From an uncultured delta proteobacterium (GTDB lineage: Bacteria; Desulfobacterota; WTBG01; CAIYCZ01), in assembly GCA_963803975.1 (NCBI GenBank), contig CAWDOY010000047.1:64001-128000 (forward strand): a stretch of DNA of 64,000 nt, given 5' to 3'. A program made the translations under genes and the position numbers. The notes under the pieces are model-generated. The model saw nothing but the letters and a program-made list of their open reading frames with translations. It searched no databases and was not told where the DNA came from. Shown one piece after another: positions 21,848 to 31,790 of the stretch. Numbering within the stretch: the stretch's first letter is position 1; the number at the start of each line of letters is the position of its first letter.

Positions 21848-23062
21848 ATGATATTAATATATGGATTTTATTTGTCAATGATAAATTACCTTGTAAGCTG
21901 CACAGAGCTTTTTTTCCAGGACAGATTACTGCATAGTCGCATTATTATCTCTATACGCCGGATAAATAAAGACGGGATCCTTCCAGCCCTTGAAATGCTG
22001 CTGCAACCATTTGTTCCGCACCTTCCCCTCAGCGGTAAATCAGTTCTCATCAAGCCCAACCTGGTAGAGCCGGAGCATTATACTACCGGCCAGACCACAA
22101 ACCCGCAACTGGTTGAAGCAATCATCATCTGGTGCCGTCAGCAGGGCGCATCAAAGATTGCCATCGGCGAAGGCCCCAGCTACTTCCAGCCGCAATCGGC
22201 GCTGCGGGAATGCTTCACACAAACCGGGATTGCTGATGTGGCGAAACGACAGAACGTCCCCTGGATTCTCTTTGATGAGGGGCCGTTCAGGGAATTTAGA
22301 AATCACTCCCCAAGAACCCCTAAGATTTTCTACGTATCCGAGCATGCCTTCACCTGGGAGCACGTCATTAATGTTCCGGTGCCAAAATCCCATTACCTCA
22401 CCACGGTTTCCATCGGCATGAAAAATTTGAAGGGGTTCCTGAAGCGGTGCGATAAGCCGGCTTTTCATTACGCGGGCAGCGACGGCATACATGGCTCGGT
22501 TACCGAACTGAATCTTTTAATCCGCCCTGCGCTTACCATTGTCGACTGCACTGCGCCGGTGCACACCAACAAAAACTTCCTGCTCGCAGGCACTGATATC
22601 GTTGCCGTAGATGCAGTAACCACCTCCCTCATGGGACTCAACCCGCGGAAGATAAAAACAATTCAGATGGGACATGCGGCCGGTCTGGGGGAGATGAATG
22701 TTGCGAAGATTGATATTCAGGGAGATGACCTGAAAAACTTCCATATGAATTTTGAACAGCCGGAAGATTATCTGAGAAGATCCTTCCCGGGAATTACCCT
22801 CTCGGCGCAAAGCGCCTGCAGCGGCTGCCTCATCCCGTTCTTTTCTGCCCTGCACCGTATCGAAGAGTTGGGCTTCAACGGAGATGATGCATTCGCCATC
22901 CTTATCGGTAAGGATAGTTTTAATGAGACTGCAAAGAAGATGCTGGTTATCGGCCAGTGCACAAAGGAGCAGGCAGGAAACAATTGCCGGCTCAACGGCT
23001 GCCCGCCGACCAAGGAAGAGATGTTTGAATTTTTACGAGAGCACCTTTTAAAACCAGCCTGA
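21848..23062 (+). CDS. DUF362 domain protein (probable Fe-S)
   Basis: VLIKPNLV, TTNPQLV, PVPKSH, GMKNL, DIVAVDA; C-terminal CSGC/GQC/GCPP. Start uncertain. Confidence 0.8.
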   Translation: MILIYGFYLSMINYLVSCTELFFQDRLLHSRIIISIRRINKDGILPALEMLLQPFVPHLPLSGKSVLIKPNLVEPEHYTTGQTTNPQLVEAIIIWCRQQGASKIAIGEGPSYFQPQSALRECFTQTGIADVAKRQNVPWILFDEGPFREFRNHSPRTPKIFYVSEHAFTWEHVINVPVPKSHYLTTVSIGMKNLKGFLKRCDKPAFHYAGSDGIHGSVTELNLLIRPALTIVDCTAPVHTNKNFLLAGTDIVAVDAVTTSLMGLNPRKIKTIQMGHAAGLGEMNVAKIDIQGDDLKNFHMNFEQPEDYLRRSFPGITLSAQSACSGCLIPFFSALHRIEELGFNGDDAFAILIGKDSFNETAKKMLVIGQCTKEQAGNNCRLNGCPPTKEEMFEFLREHLLKPA

Positions 23063-23295
23063 CACCTCTCTTCCTTCAACGCCGTCTTCTGTGTCGGACA
23101 ACTGCCCGTCCGCTGGAAGGGCCTGTCACGGGCTTCTTTATTATTTTTGATAAAAATTGTTTACCCCTCAGGTTCATAGGATAAATAATGTTCACTGTCA
23201 ATAGCAATTGGGTACAGGATATGATATGAAATGTGTCTACTCTTACCAAACAATGGGTTTCTTTACTGTGTTGGCACTATAGATAAAAGTACTGC

Positions 23296-23850
23296 ATGAT
23301 TGACAACAACGACAATCACGAAGAGATCAAAAGCAAATCCCAGTTCAAACGCGAGATGATCGCGCTGCAGGAAATGGGAGAGGAACTGGTGAGGCTGAAC
23401 GCGGAGCAGCTGGCAAAGCTTCCACTTACCGATGAGTTGCGGGAGGCGATTTGTGCTGCCCAGGGCATGCACGCACGCGGTGCCCGCTACCGGCAGATGC
23501 AGTATATCGGCAGGCTGATGCGCGAAGTGGACCCGGCTCCTGTTCAGGATGCCCTTGATATCGTGAGGAATAGACACAACCGGGCAACTTCCCTGCTGCA
23601 TCGTTTAGAGAAATGGCGGAATGAGCTTATTGCCGGAGACCATGAGGCTCTTGAGGAGGTCTTTGCAGCATTTCCCAATGCAGACCGCCAGCACTTACGA
23701 CAGCTGGTGCGCAATGCGCAGAAAGAAGAGGAGGCAGGAAAACCGCCGAAGTCTTCACGCGAGCTGTTCCGCTATTTGCGGGAGCTGCAAGAGGAAGGCA
23801 ATAGGCAACAGGCACCAGGCAATAGTATCGATCAGGATTTGTTACGGTAA
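23296..23850 (+). CDS. yjgA: Ribosome biogenesis factor YjgA/DarP (DUF615)
   Basis: SKSQFKREM.ALQEMGEEL, RQMQYIGRLMR, LEKWRNELI, DRQHLRQLVRNA, RELFRYL. Confidence 0.9.
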   Translation: MIDNNDNHEEIKSKSQFKREMIALQEMGEELVRLNAEQLAKLPLTDELREAICAAQGMHARGARYRQMQYIGRLMREVDPAPVQDALDIVRNRHNRATSLLHRLEKWRNELIAGDHEALEEVFAAFPNADRQHLRQLVRNAQKEEEAGKPPKSSRELFRYLRELQEEGNRQQAPGNSIDQDLLR

Positions 23851-25757
23851 GCCCCGGCCTTCTCAAGCGACTCAGCCACATCTTTAAGGCCAAGGCTCCC
23901 CAGTTTCTCCTTTGTGGGCACGCCGTTATTGTCCCAGCCGCGCAGGCGGTAATAATCATCAAGCGCCATCTCCCACTGCTGCGGATCAATTTTTTCACCC
24001 TTGTACTGTCCGCTGGGCACCGGCTCATCCGCCCACTTGCCCACGAGGTGATCATCTTTACGCGTAATTCCTTCCCTGCAGGCATAGGCTCGCTCCACAT
24101 TATAAACGCGCTCGGTAATGGTGAGCATGACTTTCTCGTCACAGTGCATGCCGGTTGCCAGATAATAGAGCTGATACAGGTCGCTGTATTTGAAGTCTTT
24201 GGTCCCGGTGCCGAGCCCCAGCAGGAACCGGCACAGCTCAAACAGGTCGGGAACCATGGATACGTGCTGATAATAGATAATGGGCGCAGCCTTGTTGTAT
24301 GAGAGGGGATTGAGGACTTCAGCAGTGCCGAATTTCTCAATGGCCTGCTCCGGCGTCATGACGGGATAGGCCGGGAATTCGACCGGCACCAGAGCACGCA
24401 GGTGATCGGCCCCGCGGGTTGAAGTTGCAAAGCCAAGGGCTGTTCCTTTCAGCATCCGGGTGTCAACCCCCGCCATGACCATGCCTTTTGAATGGCTAAC
24501 GTATTTCTCTGCTTCCCTGCCGAACTTCGCTGCCGCTCGCACAATGCCCTCGGCAAAAACATCCCCCACGCCTTCACGGAACGCGATTTTCTCCATCAGC
24601 TGCATCATTGCATGATAATTCCCCCAGGTCAGTTCAAGACCGTCAAGTTCCTTTTTCGAAACAACGCCCTTCTCATACCATTCCATGGCTACTGACGCGG
24701 CAGCTCCAAATTCAATCAAATCAATGCCGAACTGGTTGCCCATGTTGTTCATCTTGAAGATCGAAGCTATGTTTGCATTGCCGCACACCGGCCCCAGCGG
24801 GGTAAAAGCCCCCTCTTCTATCTTGTTGCCCCATTCCCCGGCAAACGGGCCCTCTTTGATTTCATATTTTTTCCCGCAGCCAACCGGGCATCCGAAACAC
24901 GGTTTATTAGCCTTATAATATTCCCCTGCCACTTTGAGCGGCTCAAAGTTTTCTATGCCCTCAAAGCCGCCGGTCTGCTGGAAGTTTCTGATAGCCAGGA
25001 ATCCGGCTTTGTCTGTTCCAAAGGTGCCGGTAGAGCCGCCCTTCTTTCGGAAATGGTCATAGGCGCTTGATGCACCAATCTTTTTCTGCAGTTCTTTTGC
25101 ATAGCGGTTAAAACCTTCCGGATCAAACAGGGGCACTTCCTGCGATCCCCTGACCGCGACCGCCTTCAGCTTCTTTGAGCCCATCACCGCGCCCATCCCG
25201 GTGCGCGCTGCGGCGCGCTCTTCGTGAATGACACTTGCTATGCGCACCAGATTTTCCCCCGCCTGCCCAATGGATGCAACCCGCACCCGTTTATCGCCGA
25301 GCTCCTCCTTAATCATCGTTTCGGTCTCGCGCACATTCTTCCCCCACAAATTGCGCGCCGGACGGATTTCCACTTTGCCGTCATCAATCCAGAGATACAC
25401 CGGCTCTGATGCCGCGCCAGTGATGACAATGTGGTCAATCCCTGCCCGCTTCATTGCAGGACCGAAATAGCCGCCGGCATTGGCATCCCCCATGATGCCG
25501 GTCAGCGGCGACTTTGCTGTTACGTTAAAGCGTGCCGGGCAGGGAGCAGCTGTTCCTGAAAGCGGCCCGCTGCCGAATATGAGCACATTCTCCGGTGAAT
25601 ACGGATCAATGTGCGGCACTGTCGCGTCAAAAAGAATGCGGCTGTTTATGCCCCTGCCGCCTACAAAGTTTAGCCGCAGGCTCTCACTGAGAGGCTGCCG
25701 TTCAAACGTCCTGTTGCTTAAATTAACCTTGAGAATAGTTCCTGTTTGTGCGATCAT
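23832..25757 (-). CDS. Aldehyde:ferredoxin oxidoreductase family (W/Mo)
   Basis: KSPLTG, IGQAGENLV, RTGMGAVMGSKKLKA, CFGCPVGC, RGADH, YYRLRGWD..GVPT. Confidence 0.92.
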   Translation of the reverse strand: MIAQTGTILKVNLSNRTFERQPLSESLRLNFVGGRGINSRILFDATVPHIDPYSPENVLIFGSGPLSGTAAPCPARFNVTAKSPLTGIMGDANAGGYFGPAMKRAGIDHIVITGAASEPVYLWIDDGKVEIRPARNLWGKNVRETETMIKEELGDKRVRVASIGQAGENLVRIASVIHEERAAARTGMGAVMGSKKLKAVAVRGSQEVPLFDPEGFNRYAKELQKKIGASSAYDHFRKKGGSTGTFGTDKAGFLAIRNFQQTGGFEGIENFEPLKVAGEYYKANKPCFGCPVGCGKKYEIKEGPFAGEWGNKIEEGAFTPLGPVCGNANIASIFKMNNMGNQFGIDLIEFGAAASVAMEWYEKGVVSKKELDGLELTWGNYHAMMQLMEKIAFREGVGDVFAEGIVRAAAKFGREAEKYVSHSKGMVMAGVDTRMLKGTALGFATSTRGADHLRALVPVEFPAYPVMTPEQAIEKFGTAEVLNPLSYNKAAPIIYYQHVSMVPDLFELCRFLLGLGTGTKDFKYSDLYQLYYLATGMHCDEKVMLTITERVYNVERAYACREGITRKDDHLVGKWADEPVPSGQYKGEKIDPQQWEMALDDYYRLRGWDNNGVPTKEKLGSLGLKDVAESLEKAGAYRNKS

Positions 25758-25894
25758 GATTATCTCCTTATGAATTTATTTTCATAATGACGGGTATCTT
25801 CGTGGTGACGATATTATAAGCTTTGCGTAACGCGCTCCTTAATAGTAAGCGGCATACAGCACATCTGAGCGGATACTGCACAGGCCCCGACTGC

Positions 25895-27139
25895 CTACTT
25901 CCTCCTGCCAATCTCTTCAATCCTGGCCGCAAGCTTTTCCAGGGCTGCTTCTGAATCGATGTGCCGGGAAACCTCTTTACAGTTATTAATAAGTTCTGTG
26001 TCCGCAAGCATGGCACTGAGCTTCCGGCTTAGCCGTGCCGCAGTGTATTGACGGGCAAGAATATAGCTGCCAAGCTTTCTGTTGGTAACCCGGTAGGCAT
26101 TATCAAACTGGTCGTACGCCAGGGGTCGTATTAACTGGGGAATCCCGGCCTTCAAAGCCTGTCCGAGCGTCCCGACACCGCCATGGTGCACAATTGCCCG
26201 GCAGGAAGAAAGCACGTTACCCAGCGGTAGAAAAGAACAGGTCATGATATGTGGCGGCAATCTATCAGGCAGGTCATCTTTCTTCGGCGTCAAAAAAATG
26301 CCCCGCGCGTTGATCATCTCCAGCGCCTTTACCGATTCCTGAAAAATGTTTTTCCCGAAATAAAAAGCTGTGCCGAAGGTAAAGACTATCGGCGGTTCAC
26401 CCTGCTTTATGAAGCGCTCTGCTTCCGGGGGCACCTGTTCGTTTCCGTCGTACAGAAGAAAATCAAACATCTCGGATGGTGCGGGCCAATCAGGCTGCTG
26501 TTGTGCAATATCCCGGGAAAACATGGCAGCGTTTAAGCAGCCGGAAAACAGCCATTGATTAGGTATCCGCCTTACCGGCTTGAGCCCCAGCTCGCTTCTA
26601 AAACAGTTTAATTCTTTTTTTATGCACGGATCAAAGATAAAAATATCGGCAAGCCACCACAACAGTTTTTTGTACCAGGCGGGAAATCCTTTGCCCATGG
26701 GAATGCCGCCTATCTGGGCAGTGTCTTGCAGGGTTCTGAACATGCTGGGAGCAAGGTGCAGATGCACAACCTTTATTCCCTCTTTCTCTTCGGCCAGCTT
26801 GCTTGCAAGGGCAAACGGCGTGGATACCACCACAAAATCTTCCGTGCGCTCCTGCATGATGATAGGGTAAATGATGCGCATGCCCGGCAGTAAACCCTTC
26901 TTTATTAACGTGGGCAGGGCTTTCCGGAAATGCCACAGGTCGGGATCATTGGTTACCTCTTCATACTGCTTCCGGGTGAAATGCGGGACAAATCTGATCG
27001 CCTGATCTTCAATGAGCTGCCGGTAATTTTCCGAAGTACAGAAGACAACTTCATGCCCTTTGCTCTTGAGCTTGAGCGCGACCGCAAGGAAGGGATTCAC
27101 ATCACCGCGGCTGCCTATGGCAATGACAAGAACTTTCAT
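25895..27139 (-). CDS. GT1-family glycosyltransferase (RhlB/sterol-GT like)
   Basis: GSRGDVNPF, HEV, HHGGVGT, GIPQL..P.AYDQFDNA. Confidence 0.88.
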   Translation of the reverse strand: MKVLVIAIGSRGDVNPFLAVALKLKSKGHEVVFCTSENYRQLIEDQAIRFVPHFTRKQYEEVTNDPDLWHFRKALPTLIKKGLLPGMRIIYPIIMQERTEDFVVVSTPFALASKLAEEKEGIKVVHLHLAPSMFRTLQDTAQIGGIPMGKGFPAWYKKLLWWLADIFIFDPCIKKELNCFRSELGLKPVRRIPNQWLFSGCLNAAMFSRDIAQQQPDWPAPSEMFDFLLYDGNEQVPPEAERFIKQGEPPIVFTFGTAFYFGKNIFQESVKALEMINARGIFLTPKKDDLPDRLPPHIMTCSFLPLGNVLSSCRAIVHHGGVGTLGQALKAGIPQLIRPLAYDQFDNAYRVTNRKLGSYILARQYTAARLSRKLSAMLADTELINNCKEVSRHIDSEAALEKLAARIEEIGRRK

Positions 27140-27258
27140 AAGTATCTTTTTTATCCAAACACGTTTGCAATAGTATTACATGATATACTATATAGGGTTA
27201 AATAAATCCATAGTTCATACTCACGTAATGCATCTTTAGTTTCTCTCAGGTCGACGCA

Positions 27259-28663
27259 ATGCCGCAAACACTGCAGTGCAGAACCATAAGCAGAACACGC
27301 ATCAGACCAGAAGCAAACATCACGGGGACTCTCAGGCTGAATGCCCTTGATCACTTTGAGTCATGGTTCCTGCTTGAAGTGGTCTATTTCTATCAGCACG
27401 CCCTCGATCCCGCCCGTCTGCAGCAGTCCCTGCAGCAGGCGCTTAATGACTTCCCCATGCTGTGCGGGCAGCTCCGGGCTGCTGCTGATGGCTCCCTCTG
27501 CATAGACTACCCACGTGCAGGCGTTCAGTTTTCAGTATGCGGATGTGACGTCACTATTGAAGAAGCAAGCAAAGGATTGCATACAACGTACACGGTATAT
27601 GATTTTATTGAAAAAATTAATCCCCTGCTGTTTTCTGTTAAAAATAAGCCCCTGGCTTCATTCAAACTTACCCGGATGAAGGGCGGCGGCAGTGCCCTGG
27701 GAATTTCTGTCGCCCATGCGCTGATTGATGCATACAGCTTCTATTATTTTATACAGCACTGGTCGCGCATTCACGAGGGGCTGCCCGCCGGCACCGCCTC
27801 TGCATGACCGCAGCCTGCTTTCCGCGTATAGTGAAGCAGACAACGGTTTTTCCGGAACGGCAATAAAGTCCCCTGATACCTGCAGAGGATTCCGCCTTCT
27901 GACCTCGTGGCAGCTGCTCAAGCTCATCTCATCCTTTATCATGCAGCAGAAATCCATCGTGTGCAGTGTTCTGCATTTCAATCGGCAACAGCTCCTGGCG
28001 ATAAAAAATGCTGCGCTGCGGCTGGGGCCGGTATCGATGGGGGATGCGTTGAGCGCTCACCTGTGGCAGTTCTGCACACGGATTGCAAGAGCTGCTGAGA
28101 CTGCCGCCTCCCGCAAGCTGCTCATTCCAGCCAACATGCGGCCGCTGATACATCATCCGCAGTCCGGGCATTATGTTGGGAATGCCATTGCACATTTGGA
28201 ACTCGTATACAGTCAGGAACAGCTTGACCGGGCCGATATTGCCGCCATAGCACATCAATGCAGGAAGCAGGTTGTTGCTTTTGACCAGGGGCATATCAGG
28301 GAGCAGATGCTGTGGCTGCGGCAGCACGAGCAGGAGAAACATCTCTATAAAATTTATGCTGATATCGACCCCTATGCAGGCGACTGCATGATAAGCAATC
28401 TGTCGCGGCTGCCGGTCTATGGAGCCTGTTTTGACCGTGAACAGCCGTTTTGGGCCGCAGTACCCGCTATACCGATTCCCTGGGTATTACAGATAATGCC
28501 TGCCCCTGACGGAAGCGGAGCTGTTGATGTACACGCTCATCTTCCGCGCTCTGCCGCAGATACATTGCAGGGTGATACCTGGCGGGATGAATTATATAAA
28601 TACGGGGAAGCAGCTGATTCTGAAGCAGCGGCAAATCCTGCCGCTTTCAGCCCCGTTGATTGA
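27259..28663 (+). CDS. BAHD/'transferase'-family CoA-dependent acyltransferase, split by a +1 frameshift near 27786
   Basis: FPMLCGQL, HALIDAYS (HxxxD), PLHDRSLL, YVGNA, and SRLPVYGACFDREQP at the position of the DFGWG motif. Confidence 0.7.
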
Positions 28664-28718
28664 ACACCGGGAGCCTTACCGCTTATTTCTACCCGGTTGT
28701 TGAATAAGTTGTTTTTCC

Positions 28719-28844
28719 CAGGCTGGTCAAAAATGCTCAGATGCAAGGCTCCCGAAATCCTCCAGAAGTGAGGCATACTTCTGGGTACGTCGCAACGACG
28801 AAGGAAGAGGGAAACGCCGCAGATGGGCGTTTTTCAACAGCCTG
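28719..28844. mobile_element. MITE-like short element with terminal inverted repeats
   Basis: Ends CAGGCTGGTCAAAAATG and CGTTTTTCAACAGCCTG; internal hairpin ccagaagt...acttctgg; no ORF. Confidence 0.6.
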
Positions 28845-28853
28845 CTAATCAAC

Positions 28854-28887
28854 AAAAAAGGCCTGGAAAGATATCCAGGCCTTTTTA
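28854..28887. terminator. Bidirectional terminator
   Basis: AAAAAAGGCCTGGA-aagata-TCCAGGCCTTTTT. Confidence 0.8.
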
Positions 28888-28919
28888 TGTAAAGTGAATC
28901 CGGAGATTTATTAATTACG

Positions 28920-29771
28920 TTAATGCCCCTTATGTTCGCTCTCTTCTTCTTTGGGCTTCAGGTATTTTTTCCCGGCCATTGACATGAACGCCAAGGCAAT
29001 CATCGCCAGCCCGAACCCGTAAAAAAGTTTTTCCGCAACTCGCAATGGCGCCTTGTCAAACACCTCAGATTTATGGATGGGCCCTAAATTTAAAGCGCCT
29101 TTCCCCGGCTCATGACATTTTGCACAAACCGGCTGCTGCCGTTCCTTCGGCCCGTGATTGGCAACTTCAAAGTGACAGTCCAGGCACCGGTCAATGCGAA
29201 AATCTCCAGCCAGATTTACCTTCCCGTGGCCTTTCAGTTTTGCGACAATCGCAGAACCAATCAGCCCCGGACCCTCCACCAGTCCCTCATGACAGTTACT
29301 GCAGGTCGCAGGCACATTTTTAGGATTTATGCTGGAGCGCGGATCATCGCTGTAAAAATTATAGTGCATGGTATGGCAATCATAGCACTGCGGCGCCCTG
29401 GTGTTACCTTCCTTTAAGAGCTTCGCATGCCTGCTCATCTCATACTTTTTCAGAGCCTCCTCGTGACATTCCTCGCACTTCACATCAGCAAGCCCGCTTG
29501 CCGGGTGATCCTGCGTTGCCCCTGTATGGCATTCCACACAGGTATAGTCAAGCTTTCCGTGGATTGACTCTGAAAACAGTTTTTTATCCACATACAAATT
29601 ATGAACCGTGCCGGTGCTGTCAGTTTGAGTGAGGCTGCGGTCCTGATGGCATTCAAGGCAGTCATCTATTGACTGAGACAGCGCTGCTCCGGGACCCACT
29701 GCCGCTATCAGCAGGACCAGTAACCACAGGGAGAAGCATGTGCCGGGGACTTTTTTCATCGTCTTACTCAT
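28920..29771 (-). CDS. Membrane-anchored multiheme cytochrome c (7 CxxCH)
   Basis: Signal peptide; CLECH, CVECH, CEECH, CYDCH, CSNCH, CLDCH, CAKCH; C-terminal TM helix. Confidence 0.9.
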   Translation of the reverse strand: MSKTMKKVPGTCFSLWLLVLLIAAVGPGAALSQSIDDCLECHQDRSLTQTDSTGTVHNLYVDKKLFSESIHGKLDYTCVECHTGATQDHPASGLADVKCEECHEEALKKYEMSRHAKLLKEGNTRAPQCYDCHTMHYNFYSDDPRSSINPKNVPATCSNCHEGLVEGPGLIGSAIVAKLKGHGKVNLAGDFRIDRCLDCHFEVANHGPKERQQPVCAKCHEPGKGALNLGPIHKSEVFDKAPLRVAEKLFYGFGLAMIALAFMSMAGKKYLKPKEEESEHKGH

Positions 29772-31708
29772 TTCTTCATGGCATCATAAATATATTCAGC
29801 AATGTCCAGCGCCTTGATCGAGTCAAACACATTCTTTGCTTTCAGGCCGTCTTCCAGCATAGTGAGGCAGTAGGGACATGCTGTGGCAATCGCATCCGGC
29901 TTCGCTGCAATTGCCTGCTCGGTGCGCGCCTCATTTATTCTCGTGCCCAGGTGCTCTTCCATCCACATCCTGCCGCCGCCTGCACCGCAGCAGAAGCTCC
30001 GGTCAAGCGTTCTATCCATTTCAACCAGAGATATACCGCTGATAGAGGTGAGGAGCTTGCGCGGCTGGTCGTAGATATCATTGTACCTGCCCAGAAAACA
30101 TGAATCATGGTAACAGACGTTCATTTTACCGGGAGAGCTGTTGAGAGAAATTTTTTCTGTGTTCACAAGGTTCAATAATAACTCGGTGTGGTGCAGAACC
30201 TCAAAGTCTGTTCCATACTGGGGATACTCGTTTTTCAGTGCATTGTAACAATGGGGACATATCGTAAGGATCTTTTTAACGCCATACTGCTGGAAGACGC
30301 CGATATTATACTGGACGAGGCTGTCGTACAGATACTCATTGCCGATTCTCCGGGCAGAATCACCGCAGCATCCTTCCTCTGTTCCCAGAATCGCAAAGTT
30401 GACGCCGGCTGCCTGCAGGATTTTTACCATCGCTGTTGAGACTTTTTTATAGCGGTCATCGAAGGCGCCGGCACATCCTGCATACAGGAGGATATCCGCG
30501 GTCCCTGCCTCAGCCATGGTCTTCACGCCAAGATCTTTTGCCCAGTCACCCCGCTGGTGCCGACCGATGCCCCAGGGGTTGCTGTTGTTTTCCATATTCT
30601 TAAACACTGCCTGCACTTCTACCGGAAAATTTGATTCCACCAGCACCAGGTTGCGCCGCATCTCTATAGTTTTATCCACTGACGTGATAAAGACCGGACA
30701 CTGGAAGTGACAATTGAGGCACAGGGTACAGGACCAGATGGTATCGTGCTCGATCACGTCCCCGATTAATGCCTTCTCACTAACATCTCCATTATGGGCG
30801 GATTGCGCACCCTTCTCTTCCATGTGCGTCCGCAGATCCTGGTAGAGTTTTTTGGGTGACAGCGGTTTCTGGGTCAGATGAGCCGGGCAGTTATCCTGAC
30901 AGCGACCGCAGCGGGTACAGGCATCAAGTTGGAACAGCTGCTGACGGGTAAATTCATCAATGCGCGAGACGCCGAAGGTTTCGGCAGTTTCAAAATCCGT
31001 AATCTGGCGAAGAACCCCTGGCGGCCCGTATTTCCGCAAGAAAATATTAATAGCAGAGGTTATGATGTGAAGAAATTTGGTGTACGGTGTGCAGGCAATC
31101 AAGCCTAACACCAGGAACAGATGAATACGCCAGAGAAGTTTATGGATGGAAACCTGCGTGCCGGGTTCAGCGAAGGAGAATAAAGAGGCAAACACATACC
31201 CTGCCGGAGCCCATACGCCGGTCTCTCCGGTAATGCTCAGCCGGAGCCCCTCCACGCAGAAGCCAAGAAAAATAATCGCAAAGACCCAGATCAGGGCTAT
31301 CGCATCCTCAGCACGGGTATCGCTCAGTCGGTCAGGTCTTTGAATGTAGCGCCGGTACGCTGCAAGTCCGATCCCCAGAAGCCCCAGGCTTCCCACCGCG
31401 TCAAGAAACAGGGAAAATAGATTGCCCAGCAGCTGCGGAATCGAAAACTTGACCTGTACCGCAAGTATGATCAGAAGGGGGATAGCGCAAGCGCAGAAGA
31501 TAAAAAGATGCATGAGCCCCGGATAGAGCTCCCGCAGAATGCGTTTATGGCCGACGGCATATACAATAAAGTCCTTAAGCCTCTGTCCAACCCCCTCTAA
31601 ACGCTCATCTTTCTGCCCCATCATCCACAGGCGGACCCGTCTGATGATACCGATGGTGAAGATGGTCAGCGCAATAAGAACCCACAAGGGGTCAAGTGTT
31701 GTGAGCAT
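29768..31708 (-). CDS. Membrane Fe-S oxidoreductase (NarI-like heme b domain + 2x[4Fe-4S] + 2 CCG domains), ETF:quinone oxidoreductase type
   Basis: TM helices with His residues; CTRCGRCQDNCP, CTLCLNCHFQCP; EGCCG, CPHC, HDSC, CCGAGGG, ACPYC; follows etfBA. Confidence 0.88.
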   Translation of the reverse strand: MLTTLDPLWVLIALTIFTIGIIRRVRLWMMGQKDERLEGVGQRLKDFIVYAVGHKRILRELYPGLMHLFIFCACAIPLLIILAVQVKFSIPQLLGNLFSLFLDAVGSLGLLGIGLAAYRRYIQRPDRLSDTRAEDAIALIWVFAIIFLGFCVEGLRLSITGETGVWAPAGYVFASLFSFAEPGTQVSIHKLLWRIHLFLVLGLIACTPYTKFLHIITSAINIFLRKYGPPGVLRQITDFETAETFGVSRIDEFTRQQLFQLDACTRCGRCQDNCPAHLTQKPLSPKKLYQDLRTHMEEKGAQSAHNGDVSEKALIGDVIEHDTIWSCTLCLNCHFQCPVFITSVDKTIEMRRNLVLVESNFPVEVQAVFKNMENNSNPWGIGRHQRGDWAKDLGVKTMAEAGTADILLYAGCAGAFDDRYKKVSTAMVKILQAAGVNFAILGTEEGCCGDSARRIGNEYLYDSLVQYNIGVFQQYGVKKILTICPHCYNALKNEYPQYGTDFEVLHHTELLLNLVNTEKISLNSSPGKMNVCYHDSCFLGRYNDIYDQPRKLLTSISGISLVEMDRTLDRSFCCGAGGGRMWMEEHLGTRINEARTEQAIAAKPDAIATACPYCLTMLEDGLKAKNVFDSIKALDIAEYIYDAMKK

Positions 31709-31727
31709 GGTCCGTTAGTGTGCAAAA

Positions 31728-31767
31728 CTCGCAAACAAAAATTCCGGTCTGTCGGAATTTTTGCGAG
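31728..31767. terminator. Hairpin between etfA and the Fe-S oxidoreductase
   Basis: CTCGCAAA..AAAAATTCCG-gtctgt-CGGAATTTTTGCGAG. Confidence 0.5.
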
Positions 31768-31790
31768 AAATATATTCCTTGATAAAAATC

